IMG/VR virus record: IMGVR_UViG_3300031566_000021
Source of the DNA: a virus
Length of the DNA stretch: 64,000 nt
Reading direction: 5' to 3' (one strand)
Positions within the stretch are counted from its first letter, which is position 1. Every line of letters begins with the position of its first letter. The notes below the pieces were generated by a model. The model was not told the origin of the DNA. It searched no databases and saw only the letters and a list, made by a program, of their open reading frames with translations. Below, in pieces: positions 1 to 7,747 of the stretch. A program made the translations under genes and the position numbers.

Positions 1-10
1 GTGGAATTAA

Positions 11-286
11 GTGACTAGGTGGGTGTGTACCCACGAGGACGGAGGGGAGTGGCACTTCTCCGATTACGAAGGATGGTTACTGACTATTCAGGAGGAGGAA
101 TTGTCTACAGTATCGCAGGACGCTATCCGATACCGGTTTCTGCGGAGTAACCTACGCAGGCTCGAGGCGTCATCGAATCATTGGTCTCTAGTTACACCCT
201 ATGGTGACATAGGAGATCTACTTCAGGGCGAAGAACTAGACGCTGCCGTTGATGCTCTGATAGCTAATGAAACGTCGGCCACTTAG
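11..286 (+). CDS. hypothetical protein
   Basis: 91-aa ORF, first of a tightly packed co-oriented run; start uncertain at window edge. Confidence 0.55.
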   Translation: MTRWVCTHEDGGEWHFSDYEGWLLTIQEEELSTVSQDAIRYRFLRSNLRRLEASSNHWSLVTPYGDIGDLLQGEELDAAVDALIANETSAT

Positions 287-524
287 CGATGAGCAGATCC
301 GTATACTCCGCCGCATTCTTAAGGGCGAGCACCCCTCACCGGGTTCTGGGTATCTTGGCTGGCCACAACATGGCAAACCAAACCGCAAGTTCTTCGAGAT
401 CGTCACGTTCTCGGACGAGAACGAACGCGACTGGCGTGAATACAACCGCAAGAAACGGGAGCGAGAGCGAAGTCGGAGACGGAGGGGGTTTAAGATGACT
501 AAGAGAGGAGACCTATTGCTATGA
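267..524 (+). CDS. hypothetical basic protein
   Basis: Overlaps both neighbours, ATGA coupling at 521; Arg-rich C-terminus. Confidence 0.5.
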   Translation: MKRRPLSDEQIRILRRILKGEHPSPGSGYLGWPQHGKPNRKFFEIVTFSDENERDWREYNRKKRERERSRRRRGFKMTKRGDLLL

Positions 525-823
525 CCAAGATAGAAATTACCCGTTTATGTGCGGAAGCGATGGGCTATGTAGCTGCCCCGAATCGACTTTTTCTTCAGCC
601 CCCTACGCAGCACCCAGAGTCCGCCGTTCGAGTCTCTCCAGGAGCAAAGGCAGACTTCTGGTATGATCCACGCAACAACGATGCACACGCGTTCGGGCTA
701 CTAACCGTTTACCCTACTACGTGTAAGCCGGCCTTCGAGATGTACGAGTCTTGTGGTGGGGATCTCCGTGCTCTCATCTGCCACGCCGTAGCAACCCATC
801 AACTGAGGAGCAAGCAGTTATGA
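521..823 (+). CDS. hypothetical protein
   Basis: GAGAGGAG RBS upstream, ATGA coupling at both ends. Confidence 0.65.
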   Translation: MTKIEITRLCAEAMGYVAAPNRLFLQPPTQHPESAVRVSPGAKADFWYDPRNNDAHAFGLLTVYPTTCKPAFEMYESCGGDLRALICHAVATHQLRSKQL

Positions 824-915
824 CCACTATGTATCTAACCGGGATGATCTGTGGGGTATCCATTTCCACAGCAATCGTTTGGTACTATAAGACCTACGGA
901 GGTATCTGTTCATGA
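820..915 (+). CDS. 31-aa putative membrane peptide (not in ORF track)
   Basis: MTTMYLTGMICGVSISTAIVWYYKTYGGICS; fills the gap exactly with ATGA overlaps on both sides. Confidence 0.5.
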   Translation: MTTMYLTGMICGVSISTAIVWYYKTYGGICS

Positions 916-1349
916 CCGCTAAGACTTTTAACGTCCCTGTTGTTCTTAATCCTGGCGACACTGCTGGGGATCCTAACGACGGCTTTGAACTTGTACCCGA
1001 GTTCCTGGAGTTCAAGTTTGGTAAGCAGGAGACGGCTCCACTGATCGATCAGGTTGCTCGGGCCAACACTGCTCTAGCATCTATTACCAAGTGGGTCAAG
1101 GCTGCTAAGGTTATCCTCGGTAAGCGGTTTGTTGTTCCCACGGATTCAGACTCGCCCACTATCAATCCAGGTGTCAAATTTGTTGGGGTATATTCCAAGA
1201 GAACCCGCAACGCCCTGGACCAAGAGAGGGTTAAAGAGGAGATGGGTGAAGAGTGGTTTGCTCTGCACTGCAAAGAGACCTCCTACTTCGAGATGCGGTT
1301 CAAACCTGTCGGAGAGGAGTCGGGAGACGAATACAATGCCAAAGCGTAA
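912..1349 (+). CDS. hypothetical protein
   Basis: 145-aa ORF, GGAGG RBS, ATGA coupling. Confidence 0.7.
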   Translation: MTAKTFNVPVVLNPGDTAGDPNDGFELVPEFLEFKFGKQETAPLIDQVARANTALASITKWVKAAKVILGKRFVVPTDSDSPTINPGVKFVGVYSKRTRNALDQERVKEEMGEEWFALHCKETSYFEMRFKPVGEESGDEYNAKA

Positions 1350-1791
1350 TTCCTGCGGAGGCTGTAGCTTCGCTCTGTTCCTCCACCCGACTGCCTCGGA
1401 GGTGAAGGACGGCTTCCCCGACTTCTACGTGTATTGCCTTCACGAAACGTCCCTGATCAAAGGGCCTCGTGGGGAGACACTAGCCCTGCTTGCATCTTCA
1501 GCGCGTAGAAATGCTGGTAGACTATGTGGTCCACAGGCTCTCTGGTGGAAGGCTGCAGAACAGCTCCTACCCGAACACTTCGCTGCCCCGCTTGCGAGAT
1601 CTAAACGACGCCACGACAACGCGTCCGGAGGGGCTAGTGCAACTGGGGTACGCGTAAAGCCTGGAGCTGGCTCTATGCAGGTTAAGAGTAGATCCCCGAG
1701 ACGTGGGGAAGTCCCTGGGGTCCCCTTAGAGGAGTATAGGCATAAGAGAGCGTTGTATAACGTTCCGGGTGAGCCTGATCATGGGGGATGA
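1336..1791 (+). CDS. hypothetical Cys-containing protein (restart of track ORF 1129-1791)
   Basis: ATG 1336 after GGAG; CGGC plus two further Cys suggest metal binding. Confidence 0.5.
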   Translation: MPKRNSCGGCSFALFLHPTASEVKDGFPDFYVYCLHETSLIKGPRGETLALLASSARRNAGRLCGPQALWWKAAEQLLPEHFAAPLARSKRRHDNASGGASATGVRVKPGAGSMQVKSRSPRRGEVPGVPLEEYRHKRALYNVPGEPDHGG

Positions 1792-2233
1792 ACAGGGGTT
1801 TAAGGACTTTCTCACCCAGGTTATGGGAGGAGGCCCACACCCTAAACAAGTGGGGATCCCTCCCACTGAGGACGAACAGGCTGTTTCTTTGCTGATGTAC
1901 GCTACTGCTCTGACTGAAAGCATCTTTAGCGACCTGAGGAGGATCCAAAGTTTGGCGCTCCCAGGTAATCCTGACATCGACGATTTTAGGAATCACCTTT
2001 CCAGAATAATCACAGTCAGGCAGACTGTCATGTACCATCTAGGGGCCATTCAGTTCATTATCCAGTACATGCGAAAGCAGAGGGACGCGGGGATTTTCCT
2101 TAATGCCAGGGAGAAACATATCCTAGGTCTAGAGTCCCTATGTGATGAGGCAGAGAATCTGCTTACTGAGCTGGCTAGCTTGTTTGTATCGGCCCTCGAG
2201 ATCTACGTCGAATACCGGAAATCTATCAACTAG
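1769..2233 (+). CDS. hypothetical helical protein
   Basis: 154-aa ORF ending just before the promoter at 2253; start may be ATG 1781. Confidence 0.65.
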   Translation: MSLIMGDEQGFKDFLTQVMGGGPHPKQVGIPPTEDEQAVSLLMYATALTESIFSDLRRIQSLALPGNPDIDDFRNHLSRIITVRQTVMYHLGAIQFIIQYMRKQRDAGIFLNAREKHILGLESLCDEAENLLTELASLFVSALEIYVEYRKSIN

Positions 2234-2237
2234 GGTT

Positions 2238-2282
2238 ACCATCATCTGACTCTTGCATGCCCAGCGATGGTTGCTTTATAAT
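2238..2282 (+). promoter_or_regulatory. sigma70-type promoter with ACCATCA upstream box
   Basis: ACCATCA 2238-2244, 8 nt, TTGCAT 2253-2258, 18 nt, TATAAT 2277-2282. Confidence 0.75.
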
Positions 2283-2351
2283 ATAGGTGTAAGCTCGAGT
2301 TTCGGCTGCTCGGCTTATGTACCACAACAAAGCCGCACGGAGATGTAATTC

Positions 2352-2564
2352 ATGTCGAACATCGTATACATGCAGGGAGTTCAGCAGCGTCCGGACCGCA
2401 CGAATTACCGGGTCGCTATTATCGATGGCATTCGCACCGAGATTCCCTACACACCCAGTTGGAACTACGAGATTCGCGGTACCAGCTTCCTGACGGAGAG
2501 TGGCGAGATCCGGATTCGTGTTCTTCGGGTCGACGCCTACGGTAACGAGAAGGTCATCGCTTAA
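2352..2564 (+). CDS. hypothetical protein
   Basis: GGAGA RBS, first gene after the promoter. Confidence 0.7.
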   Translation: MSNIVYMQGVQQRPDRTNYRVAIIDGIRTEIPYTPSWNYEIRGTSFLTESGEIRIRVLRVDAYGNEKVIA

Positions 2565-2567
2565 CCA

Positions 2568-2795
2568 ATGGAGACAATGATGCAAATCTGCACCCGTTGC
2601 AAAGTCGAGCCCGCGGTAATTCTTGAAGGCGAGGATCCCCGGCTGAACACCGCTTGTGAAACCTGTAAGATATCCCTGCGTCGCTATTTCGGACGCAGTG
2701 ACTCCGCCAAGAAGGGGGTCGAGACGAAGCGAGCGAAGTACACCAACTGGCCCTCGAAGAAGGGTCAGCAAGCAGTCAGGAGGTCCGACCACTAA
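2568..2795 (+). CDS. small putative zinc-binding protein
   Basis: Two CxxC pairs (CTRC, CETC). Confidence 0.6.
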   Translation: METMMQICTRCKVEPAVILEGEDPRLNTACETCKISLRRYFGRSDSAKKGVETKRAKYTNWPSKKGQQAVRRSDH

Positions 2796-2871
2796 AAGTC
2801 CAGCTATGTGGGTCTGTGTTGCTACACAGGCTCACCAGGGTGGGCTGTTCCACCATAAAGGAGTTAATCAC

Positions 2872-3123
2872 ATGAAACTTCGCCGCAGATTCCTGGAGAC
2901 CCAGGTTACGGAACTGAAAGCACAGCTTGCCGTTCACGATCACGAGACGCGGAAGAACCTGCGTGCTCGTTTGGTGAAGACCGCTGGGGAGCTGAAGAGC
3001 ACCACAGTTGCGCTCGAGACTACCAAGAAGGCTTTGGTTACCTCTCAGGAGCTGGTCGAGAGCCTCAAGGCCGAACTCCACAACGTCGAAGACACGCCTG
3101 AGGCGAAGGTCGCTAATGGCTGA
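2872..3123 (+). CDS. hypothetical coiled-coil protein
   Basis: AAGGAG RBS before ATG 2872; heptad-like Leu/Glu/Lys pattern. Confidence 0.7.
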   Translation: MKLRRRFLETQVTELKAQLAVHDHETRKNLRARLVKTAGELKSTTVALETTKKALVTSQELVESLKAELHNVEDTPEAKVANG

Positions 3124-3340
3124 GCCCACCAAGAAGAGCCCCGCGATCGAGAAGTTCCTCAACAAGATGGGCGGGAGAACTATGGCAATTCGGGCGAATC
3201 AATGCGTCGAGCCTCCTATTGGTTGTGGAGGTCCTGCTCAGGCATTCGACGACTCTTTGTCCGTGAGGGAGTTTCGCATTACCGGTTTATGTCAGAAGTG
3301 TCAGAACGCCCTTTATGGCTCTGGAGGTCCCGATGGCTAA
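3116..3340 (+). CDS. small Cys-rich phage protein
   Basis: ATG 3116 overlaps the upstream stop; C-x6-C and CQKC. Confidence 0.65.
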   Translation: MAEPTKKSPAIEKFLNKMGGRTMAIRANQCVEPPIGCGGPAQAFDDSLSVREFRITGLCQKCQNALYGSGGPDG

Positions 3341-3590
3341 ATCCAAAGCTAAAGGCCCTGCGGAGTACTACATCCGGAGGATGGGGCCTGAAGAGTACCA
3401 GGTGTCTAAGTTCTCCGGTAACGACGTCCCTGATGTCTCGTACACCGTCAAGCTTGCTACCAGCCGAGAGCGTGGGAGCTGTGACTGTCCAGCTGGGATG
3501 TATCGTAAGAAGGGGCTGGAAGACAAGCATATCCAGATGGTCATGCGGTGGATCGACGCTAATGAGCCCCAGGGGGTGGCCTTCGTATGA
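3333..3590 (+). CDS. SWIM-like zinc finger protein
   Basis: GGAGG RBS; Y-x-V...CDCP-x10-DKH resembles SWIM CxC...CxH with Asp at the third ligand. Confidence 0.6.
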   Translation: MAKSKAKGPAEYYIRRMGPEEYQVSKFSGNDVPDVSYTVKLATSRERGSCDCPAGMYRKKGLEDKHIQMVMRWIDANEPQGVAFV

Positions 3591-3624
3591 GTCCCGTCGC
3601 TGCCAGGCATAAGGAGTACTCGAG

Positions 3625-3822
3625 ATGATCCTAACCGATGAGAACAAAACGTACATCGACTCGCTCGATCATTACCAACTCCTAGAACGGTGGCGTTTCG
3701 CGGCCGTTGGTGACCTTTGGTTCCAAGGCGATACGGGCGTGTATTGGAGTCTGCGCATGTCTGGGTTGAGCAAAGCGGACCCAGCTCAGGCTGTTCGCAA
3801 TAGTAAGGACTTGATGCGATGA
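3625..3822 (+). CDS. hypothetical protein
   Basis: AAGGAG RBS, ATGA coupling downstream. Confidence 0.7.
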   Translation: MILTDENKTYIDSLDHYQLLERWRFAAVGDLWFQGDTGVYWSLRMSGLSKADPAQAVRNSKDLMR

Positions 3823-4028
3823 GCACCGACCTTCTACACGACGACTTCCGGGAGCTAGTTTATAGTCTGGATCCGGATCATTGGATTGCGGACGAGAGCC
3901 AGCCTATCGACGAGGACGTGATGACGGAATTGCTACTTACTGGTAGCGCTACCGTTAAGGTAGGTAGTCGCTCCTTTGTTCTTAGCCTATCCTATACGGA
4001 GGTGCCGAGTGATGACATACCTTATTGA
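3819..4028 (+). CDS. small acidic protein ending in DDIPY
   Basis: ATGA-coupled, Asp/Glu-rich. Confidence 0.65.
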   Translation: MSTDLLHDDFRELVYSLDPDHWIADESQPIDEDVMTELLLTGSATVKVGSRSFVLSLSYTEVPSDDIPY

Positions 4029-4131
4029 GTGGTGGATTGGGCTCTCGATGACGGATGCGACTCAGGTCCTTATCGTGCCGCTTTTCCTGATTGCAGCGTA
4101 CCATCTGCTCCGGGGAGAGCGACATGACTAA
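4012..4131 (+). CDS. 39-aa putative membrane peptide (not in ORF track)
   Basis: GGAGG RBS; MTYLIEWWIGLSMTDATQVLIVPLFLIAAYHLLRGERHD bridges the two flanking genes. Confidence 0.45.
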   Translation: MTYLIEWWIGLSMTDATQVLIVPLFLIAAYHLLRGERHD

Positions 4132-4429
4132 GCCTGTTCTGGATAACTGGTCTCTCGTAGCCTCGGTGGATAATCCTTATCAGCCGCCTGAGCTTGCCGA
4201 CCACAAAGCCAAAGGCCTCGTTTACGGACATCCCAGTTTCACGGATGGCCAGTCTATCATCACCAGCCGGATTGTGGGTTTCGACTATCCCAACAAGGAG
4301 ATCACCACCCAGAAGAGGACTTATACCTTGGGGACGATCGATCCGAACTACGCCACCTGGCTTAGGGGTAGCGACATCATCCCCAAGACCTTCGACATAG
4401 AGGACTTCGACATAGAGGACTTCGAATGA
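4124..4429 (+). CDS. conserved phage hypothetical protein
   Basis: W...NPY.PPE...G.VYGHP.F.DG..I.TS.I pattern of a recurrent phage family; GGAGAG RBS. Confidence 0.75.
   Translation: MTKPVLDNWSLVASVDNPYQPPELADHKAKGLVYGHPSFTDGQSIITSRIVGFDYPNKEITTQKRTYTLGTIDPNYATWLRGSDIIPKTFDIEDFDIEDFE
4390..4425 (+). repeat. 15-bp tandem repeat (2.4 copies) encoding FDIED-FDIED-FE
   Basis: cttcgacatagagga x2 plus cttcga. Confidence 0.9.
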
Positions 4430-4626
4430 TTCTCCATCTGGTTGGAGCTTACGGACGCCAGACCACTTTGGCGGATTGGGTAGATGGGAAGGACTTTTGG
4501 ATTTGCCCTGACGGTCCCTATTGCTCACGTCGTGATCGGGCCTACATGAAGGCAAAGGGCGTTACCGACATCCAGCTACTTTCCTACCCACAGATGAACA
4601 TTATCCATGAGGAGGCGGTTATATGA
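4426..4626 (+). CDS. hypothetical protein
   Basis: ATGA coupling at both ends. Confidence 0.65.
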   Translation: MILHLVGAYGRQTTLADWVDGKDFWICPDGPYCSRRDRAYMKAKGVTDIQLLSYPQMNIIHEEAVI

Positions 4627-4877
4627 GTGCCACCTACTTAGCTCGCTGGCAGAGCGGAGCTGTTGGTCTTCCTTGGCAGCACGAATTCGATATGGCCTCG
4701 GATGCAATGGCTATTGGCTACATTCGTCGCCACATGAAAACCAGTTTGGAACTCCGCCATGCTCACCGTCTCGATCTATTTCGGGTTCACCCTGATGAGA
4801 AGCTGGTAGGTTCCTTCCGTCATGGCGAGATCGAGGTTCTCCTGGAGGACTCCAACGGAGCTAAGTTTACAACCTAG
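4623..4877 (+). CDS. hypothetical protein
   Basis: GAGGAGG RBS, last gene before the terminator. Confidence 0.7.
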   Translation: MSATYLARWQSGAVGLPWQHEFDMASDAMAIGYIRRHMKTSLELRHAHRLDLFRVHPDEKLVGSFRHGEIEVLLEDSNGAKFTT

Positions 4878-4898
4878 TTATTCCCAAACATCTCCTTT

Positions 4899-4930
4899 AG
4901 CCCGGCTAGTGTCATCGCCGGGTTCTTTTT
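4899..4930 (+). terminator. intrinsic terminator between convergent gene blocks
   Basis: agcccggc-N10-gccgggtt followed by cttttt. Confidence 0.75.
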
Positions 4931-4932
4931 GC

Positions 4933-5229
4933 TTATTCACCGACTGGTTTTAGCTTCCCGTCTTTGTATACCAGGAGCTTAGTAAAACCTTTCTGGTATA
5001 GCCATTTCTTGATGCCAGGAAGCTTTTGAGTCACTACCTCGTACGATTCATAGTCCCCGAATATGTACATGAGATAAGGCTTTTGGAAACTAGGAGCGGG
5101 GTCATTAGAGAATGGTTTATGTCCTGCTAGATTAGGCCAAGCGACTACGACTCGAAAGCCTCTGAACTCTTCCCGGATTGGGCTAGTGATCTCGCGGACC
5201 TTATAGTAGGCCGTTTGTGACAGTTTCAC
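4933..5229 (-). CDS. hypothetical protein
   Basis: GTG start after CCAGGAGATG RBS shared by the leftward genes; own promoter. Confidence 0.7.
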   Translation of the reverse strand: MKLSQTAYYKVREITSPIREEFRGFRVVVAWPNLAGHKPFSNDPAPSFQKPYLMYIFGDYESYEVVTQKLPGIKKWLYQKGFTKLLVYKDGKLKPVGE

Positions 5230-5281
5230 GGTTGCATCTCCTGGTAGGATGTTACGGTTTTAGATTTTTAACTACACCTCT

Positions 5282-5311
5282 ATTATATAGCAGTCCTTCG
5301 CTAGGCCGCAA
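5282..5311 (-). promoter_or_regulatory. sigma70-type promoter (no ACCATCA box)
   Basis: TTGCGG-18-TATAAT on the minus strand. Confidence 0.7.
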
Positions 5312-5341
5312 GAGTCTGACTAGTCATTTTTTAGGTATAGG

Positions 5342-5360
5342 AAAAGCCCTCTCGGGCTTT
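5342..5360 (-). terminator. intrinsic terminator
   Basis: aaagccc-tctc-gggcttt hairpin with A/T flanks, just after the stop at 5370. Confidence 0.6.
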
Positions 5361-5369
5361 AATCCTCGT

Positions 5370-5528
5370 TTAGCCGTACTCGTAAATGGTATCCATCCCG
5401 CGGTACACCTTGACATGGATCTTGAGGGCTACCTGGAGAGCGTTCGCTACCACCATACTGGCCTCCTCGCTGTCGGTCTTCAGGACGTGTATCACGCCCT
5501 TGTAGATGAACCGGATGGTGAAGTTCAT
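5370..5528 (-). CDS. 52-aa hypothetical protein (not in ORF track)
   Basis: MNFTIRFIYKGVIHVLKTDSEEASMVVANALQVALKIHVKVYRGMDTIYEYG; GAGGGG RBS; start overlaps the upstream stop. Confidence 0.65.
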   Translation of the reverse strand: MNFTIRFIYKGVIHVLKTDSEEASMVVANALQVALKIHVKVYRGMDTIYEYG

Positions 5529-5887
5529 CACGTCCCCCTCGTTGCTTCTAGGTTCTTGAGGATCGACTCGCAGATGGGACCTGAGTCCGCATCCATGTCG
5601 TAGCGGAGCGTGTTTATCAGGTAATCCAGTTCCTCCTTGGTAAAGGCGAAGTGGGTTCTATCGTCCCCCGCCTCCTCCTGTACACACTCTTCCTCCAGCT
5701 GGACGTGAAGTGATGGCCATTTACCTGATGGAGAGGCGAAGACGCTTAGGCGATCAGGACTGCTGCCGTCCTCGGGATGGAGCTGAATCTCCGCCCAACG
5801 AGTAGTTATCTTGTCCACAGTTACATGCCGCTGAATGACCGAGATCTTGATGACTCGGTGGATGTAAGAGTCGTGGGTGATTGGCAT
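5528..5887 (-). CDS. hypothetical acidic protein
   Basis: Restart of track ORF at MPITHDS, adjacent to the stop of the 5889-6149 gene. Confidence 0.6.
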   Translation of the reverse strand: MPITHDSYIHRVIKISVIQRHVTVDKITTRWAEIQLHPEDGSSPDRLSVFASPSGKWPSLHVQLEEECVQEEAGDDRTHFAFTKEELDYLINTLRYDMDADSGPICESILKNLEATRGT

Positions 5888-5888
5888 G

Positions 5889-6149
5889 TTAGACCTTGTG
5901 GATTTTGACGTGTTGATGAAGTCGCCCCGCCGACATATGACTGCCGCAGAAGGAGCAGATGCATCTGGCCCTGTGCTGCCTGCGACCACCCTTTGGATTG
6001 CGGGGTTTCACGTATACGACCGTGTTCCCAATTGTCATTTCGGGTAGACCTACATCAGGCCAATTCTTACCGCATCGGAGGAGGGCTTTCAAGTGGTACG
6101 TTTGAAGGCTCCAGCCCCGCTCGTCTTTCAGGTTGTCTCGGACTTCCAT
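5889..6149 (-). CDS. C2H2-type zinc finger protein
   Basis: CSFC-x11-H-x3-H at the C-terminus; CCAGGAGATA RBS. Confidence 0.7.
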   Translation of the reverse strand: MEVRDNLKDERGWSLQTYHLKALLRCGKNWPDVGLPEMTIGNTVVYVKPRNPKGGRRQHRARCICSFCGSHMSAGRLHQHVKIHKV

Positions 6150-6197
6150 GGCTGTTATCTCCTGGTTGGAGCCGCCTTTACTGAGCGGCTCCGGTTC

Positions 6198-6386
6198 TTA
6201 GGTTTTGGTGTTGTCTTCGTCGACCGTGAGCACGATGTGCTCGGGAGGCGGTCGATTCGCGAAGGCGCTCTTGCGGATGTATATGGCAGTAACGCCAGCG
6301 CTGTCGTGGATTGCCTCAGCGCACTCGAAGACATGTGTCCCCTTCGTACTACGCGTGTGGTGGAGGCTGATAGTGAACTTATCCAT
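6198..6386 (-). CDS. small hypothetical beta-rich protein (AbrB-like fold possible)
   Basis: AAGGAA RBS before MDKFTISL; fold suggestion from alternating hydrophobic pattern only. Confidence 0.6.
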   Translation of the reverse strand: MDKFTISLHHTRSTKGTHVFECAEAIHDSAGVTAIYIRKSAFANRPPPEHIVLTVDEDNTKT

Positions 6387-6444
6387 CGCTTTATTCCTTG
6401 TAGCCTTAGTGGGAGGGTCGAAGGCCCCCTCCCTTAGCCGCTCC

Positions 6445-6522
6445 TTACAACTGGCGCGCGTACCAAACAACTAGCGCCACGATTAGGAGCCCTATGATGA
6501 TCCCGTTTAAGAGAGCTTTCAT
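6445..6522 (-). CDS. 25-aa putative membrane peptide (not in ORF track)
   Basis: MKALLNGIIIGLLIVALVVWYARQL. Confidence 0.4.
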   Translation of the reverse strand: MKALLNGIIIGLLIVALVVWYARQL

Positions 6523-6538
6523 AGGGGTTGTGCGATTG

Positions 6539-6859
6539 CTACTTGGTTAGTGTTGCTTTGGCGTCCCGCTCTTCCTTGATCACCCGTTTCAGGGGGCGGC
6601 TAAGGACGTTACGAGCGTGCTGGTAGAGGATGCCGAGTTTCTTTGATATCGGTCCCGGCTTCATACCCAGTGCTGACAAAGCGCGGATGGCATTGCTCTT
6701 GTTGCCGTAGAGGGCGATGACTTCGCTTGCCCCCATCGCTTCGACTTTTTCTTGTGTCATTCCGTCGACCTTCGGCATTTCGACCGATTTGAAACTCGCT
6801 GGCGGAATCGTGCTGGCGGTTTCGGGCTTGGGATTGGCAGTTTGGTTTTGCATCTTCAT
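6539..6859 (-). CDS. small HTH DNA-binding protein, paralog 1
   Basis: YGNKSNAIRALSALGMKPGPISKKLGILYQHARNVL, aligns with 8240-8470 and 9141-9350. Confidence 0.8.
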   Translation of the reverse strand: MKMQNQTANPKPETASTIPPASFKSVEMPKVDGMTQEKVEAMGASEVIALYGNKSNAIRALSALGMKPGPISKKLGILYQHARNVLSRPLKRVIKEERDAKATLTK

Positions 6860-6925
6860 GGTGCATCTCCTGGTTTTTAAAGGACGGCTATATATAGGAA
6901 TAGCGAAATGCTACCCTATGTTTCT

Positions 6926-6955
6926 ATTATATAGTAGTCCGCTATATGGTTGCAA
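6926..6955 (-). promoter_or_regulatory. sigma70-type promoter
   Basis: TTGCAA-18-TATAAT; shares GGACTNCTATATAATAG with the 5282-5311 promoter. Confidence 0.75.
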
Positions 6956-7072
6956 TCGGGGTCCCACAGAAATGACCTGTATTATTTTATTGCCTAGTTC
7001 CTAAAGGGCTGTACTTATAACTTATATGGTCTCTGCCGAAAGGTACTCGCGGGAGCGTTTTTTCGCATAACT

Positions 7073-7357
7073 AAGTAACGAAGTAAAGGTATGTGCCTTC
7101 TCTAACTAGTTGATTTTTAAAGAGAAGTACTACAAGTAGTTTGACTACTTAATCTATCAAGTGGTTGAAATTGGGGGAAATATGTCAGGAATGGTCCTAG
7201 GATACTTATATGTCTTTATGGTATGTCCGAAATGTTCCACGGACTTGTATACCCAAATATAATTTGGTATAACAATTTAGGTAGTCAAAGTACTGAAGTA
7301 CTTTTCCCTTTAGAATCAACGAGTTAACTGTTAGCAGATACCTTTACTTTGTTACTT
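7073..7357. repeat. long imperfect inverted repeat (~80-bp arms) in an AT-rich non-coding stretch
   Basis: Arm 7073-7152 matches the reverse complement of 7276-7357 in blocks AAGTAAC, AAGTAAAGGTAT, TAACT, GTTGATT, TAAAG, AAGTACT, TTTGACTAC. Confidence 0.85.
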
Positions 7358-7541
7358 CGATAGTTCATCCGGATCGATAAAGTCTACGACTCGTGAGCAC
7401 GGTCTAGTGCCTTAGGCTGCCTGGGCCCTCCTTCTCTAAGGTTAGTCTCATGGATGACAGGTCCCGCTGCCTGGTCCTAGGATCAGCCTGCATAGGCACA
7501 CTCATGAGGGACCGCGCTAGACCGGGCTGAATCAGGCATAT

Positions 7542-7563
7542 AAGAAAGGGCCGCTAAGCCCCT
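7542..7563 (-). terminator. possible intrinsic terminator
   Basis: Short GC stem followed by TTTCTT on the minus strand, after the stop at 7572. Confidence 0.4.
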
Positions 7564-7571
7564 CCCCTTTG

Positions 7572-7745
7572 TTAGCCCGTGGTACTGACGTAGTCACCGG
7601 CGTAACGGTAACCTCCTAGTTCCTCGAGACCTCGGTCTAGAATTTCCTTCAGGTCCTTTCGACCTTGCTCGGGCGTATTATCGATCGGGCAGTCCGGGTC
7701 TTGGATGATCAGGCTGACTTGGATAGTCGCAACTAGGAATTTCAT
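7572..7745 (-). CDS. small acidic hypothetical protein
   Basis: GGAG RBS before MKFLVATI. Confidence 0.6.
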   Translation of the reverse strand: MKFLVATIQVSLIIQDPDCPIDNTPEQGRKDLKEILDRGLEELGGYRYAGDYVSTTG

Positions 7746-7747
7746 GA

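Noticed and set aside
5217-6474. Plus-strand ORFs 5217-5603, 5993-6184, 6093-6437, 6205-6474
   Set aside because: The region has consistent minus-strand RBSs, promoters and terminators; these are shadows
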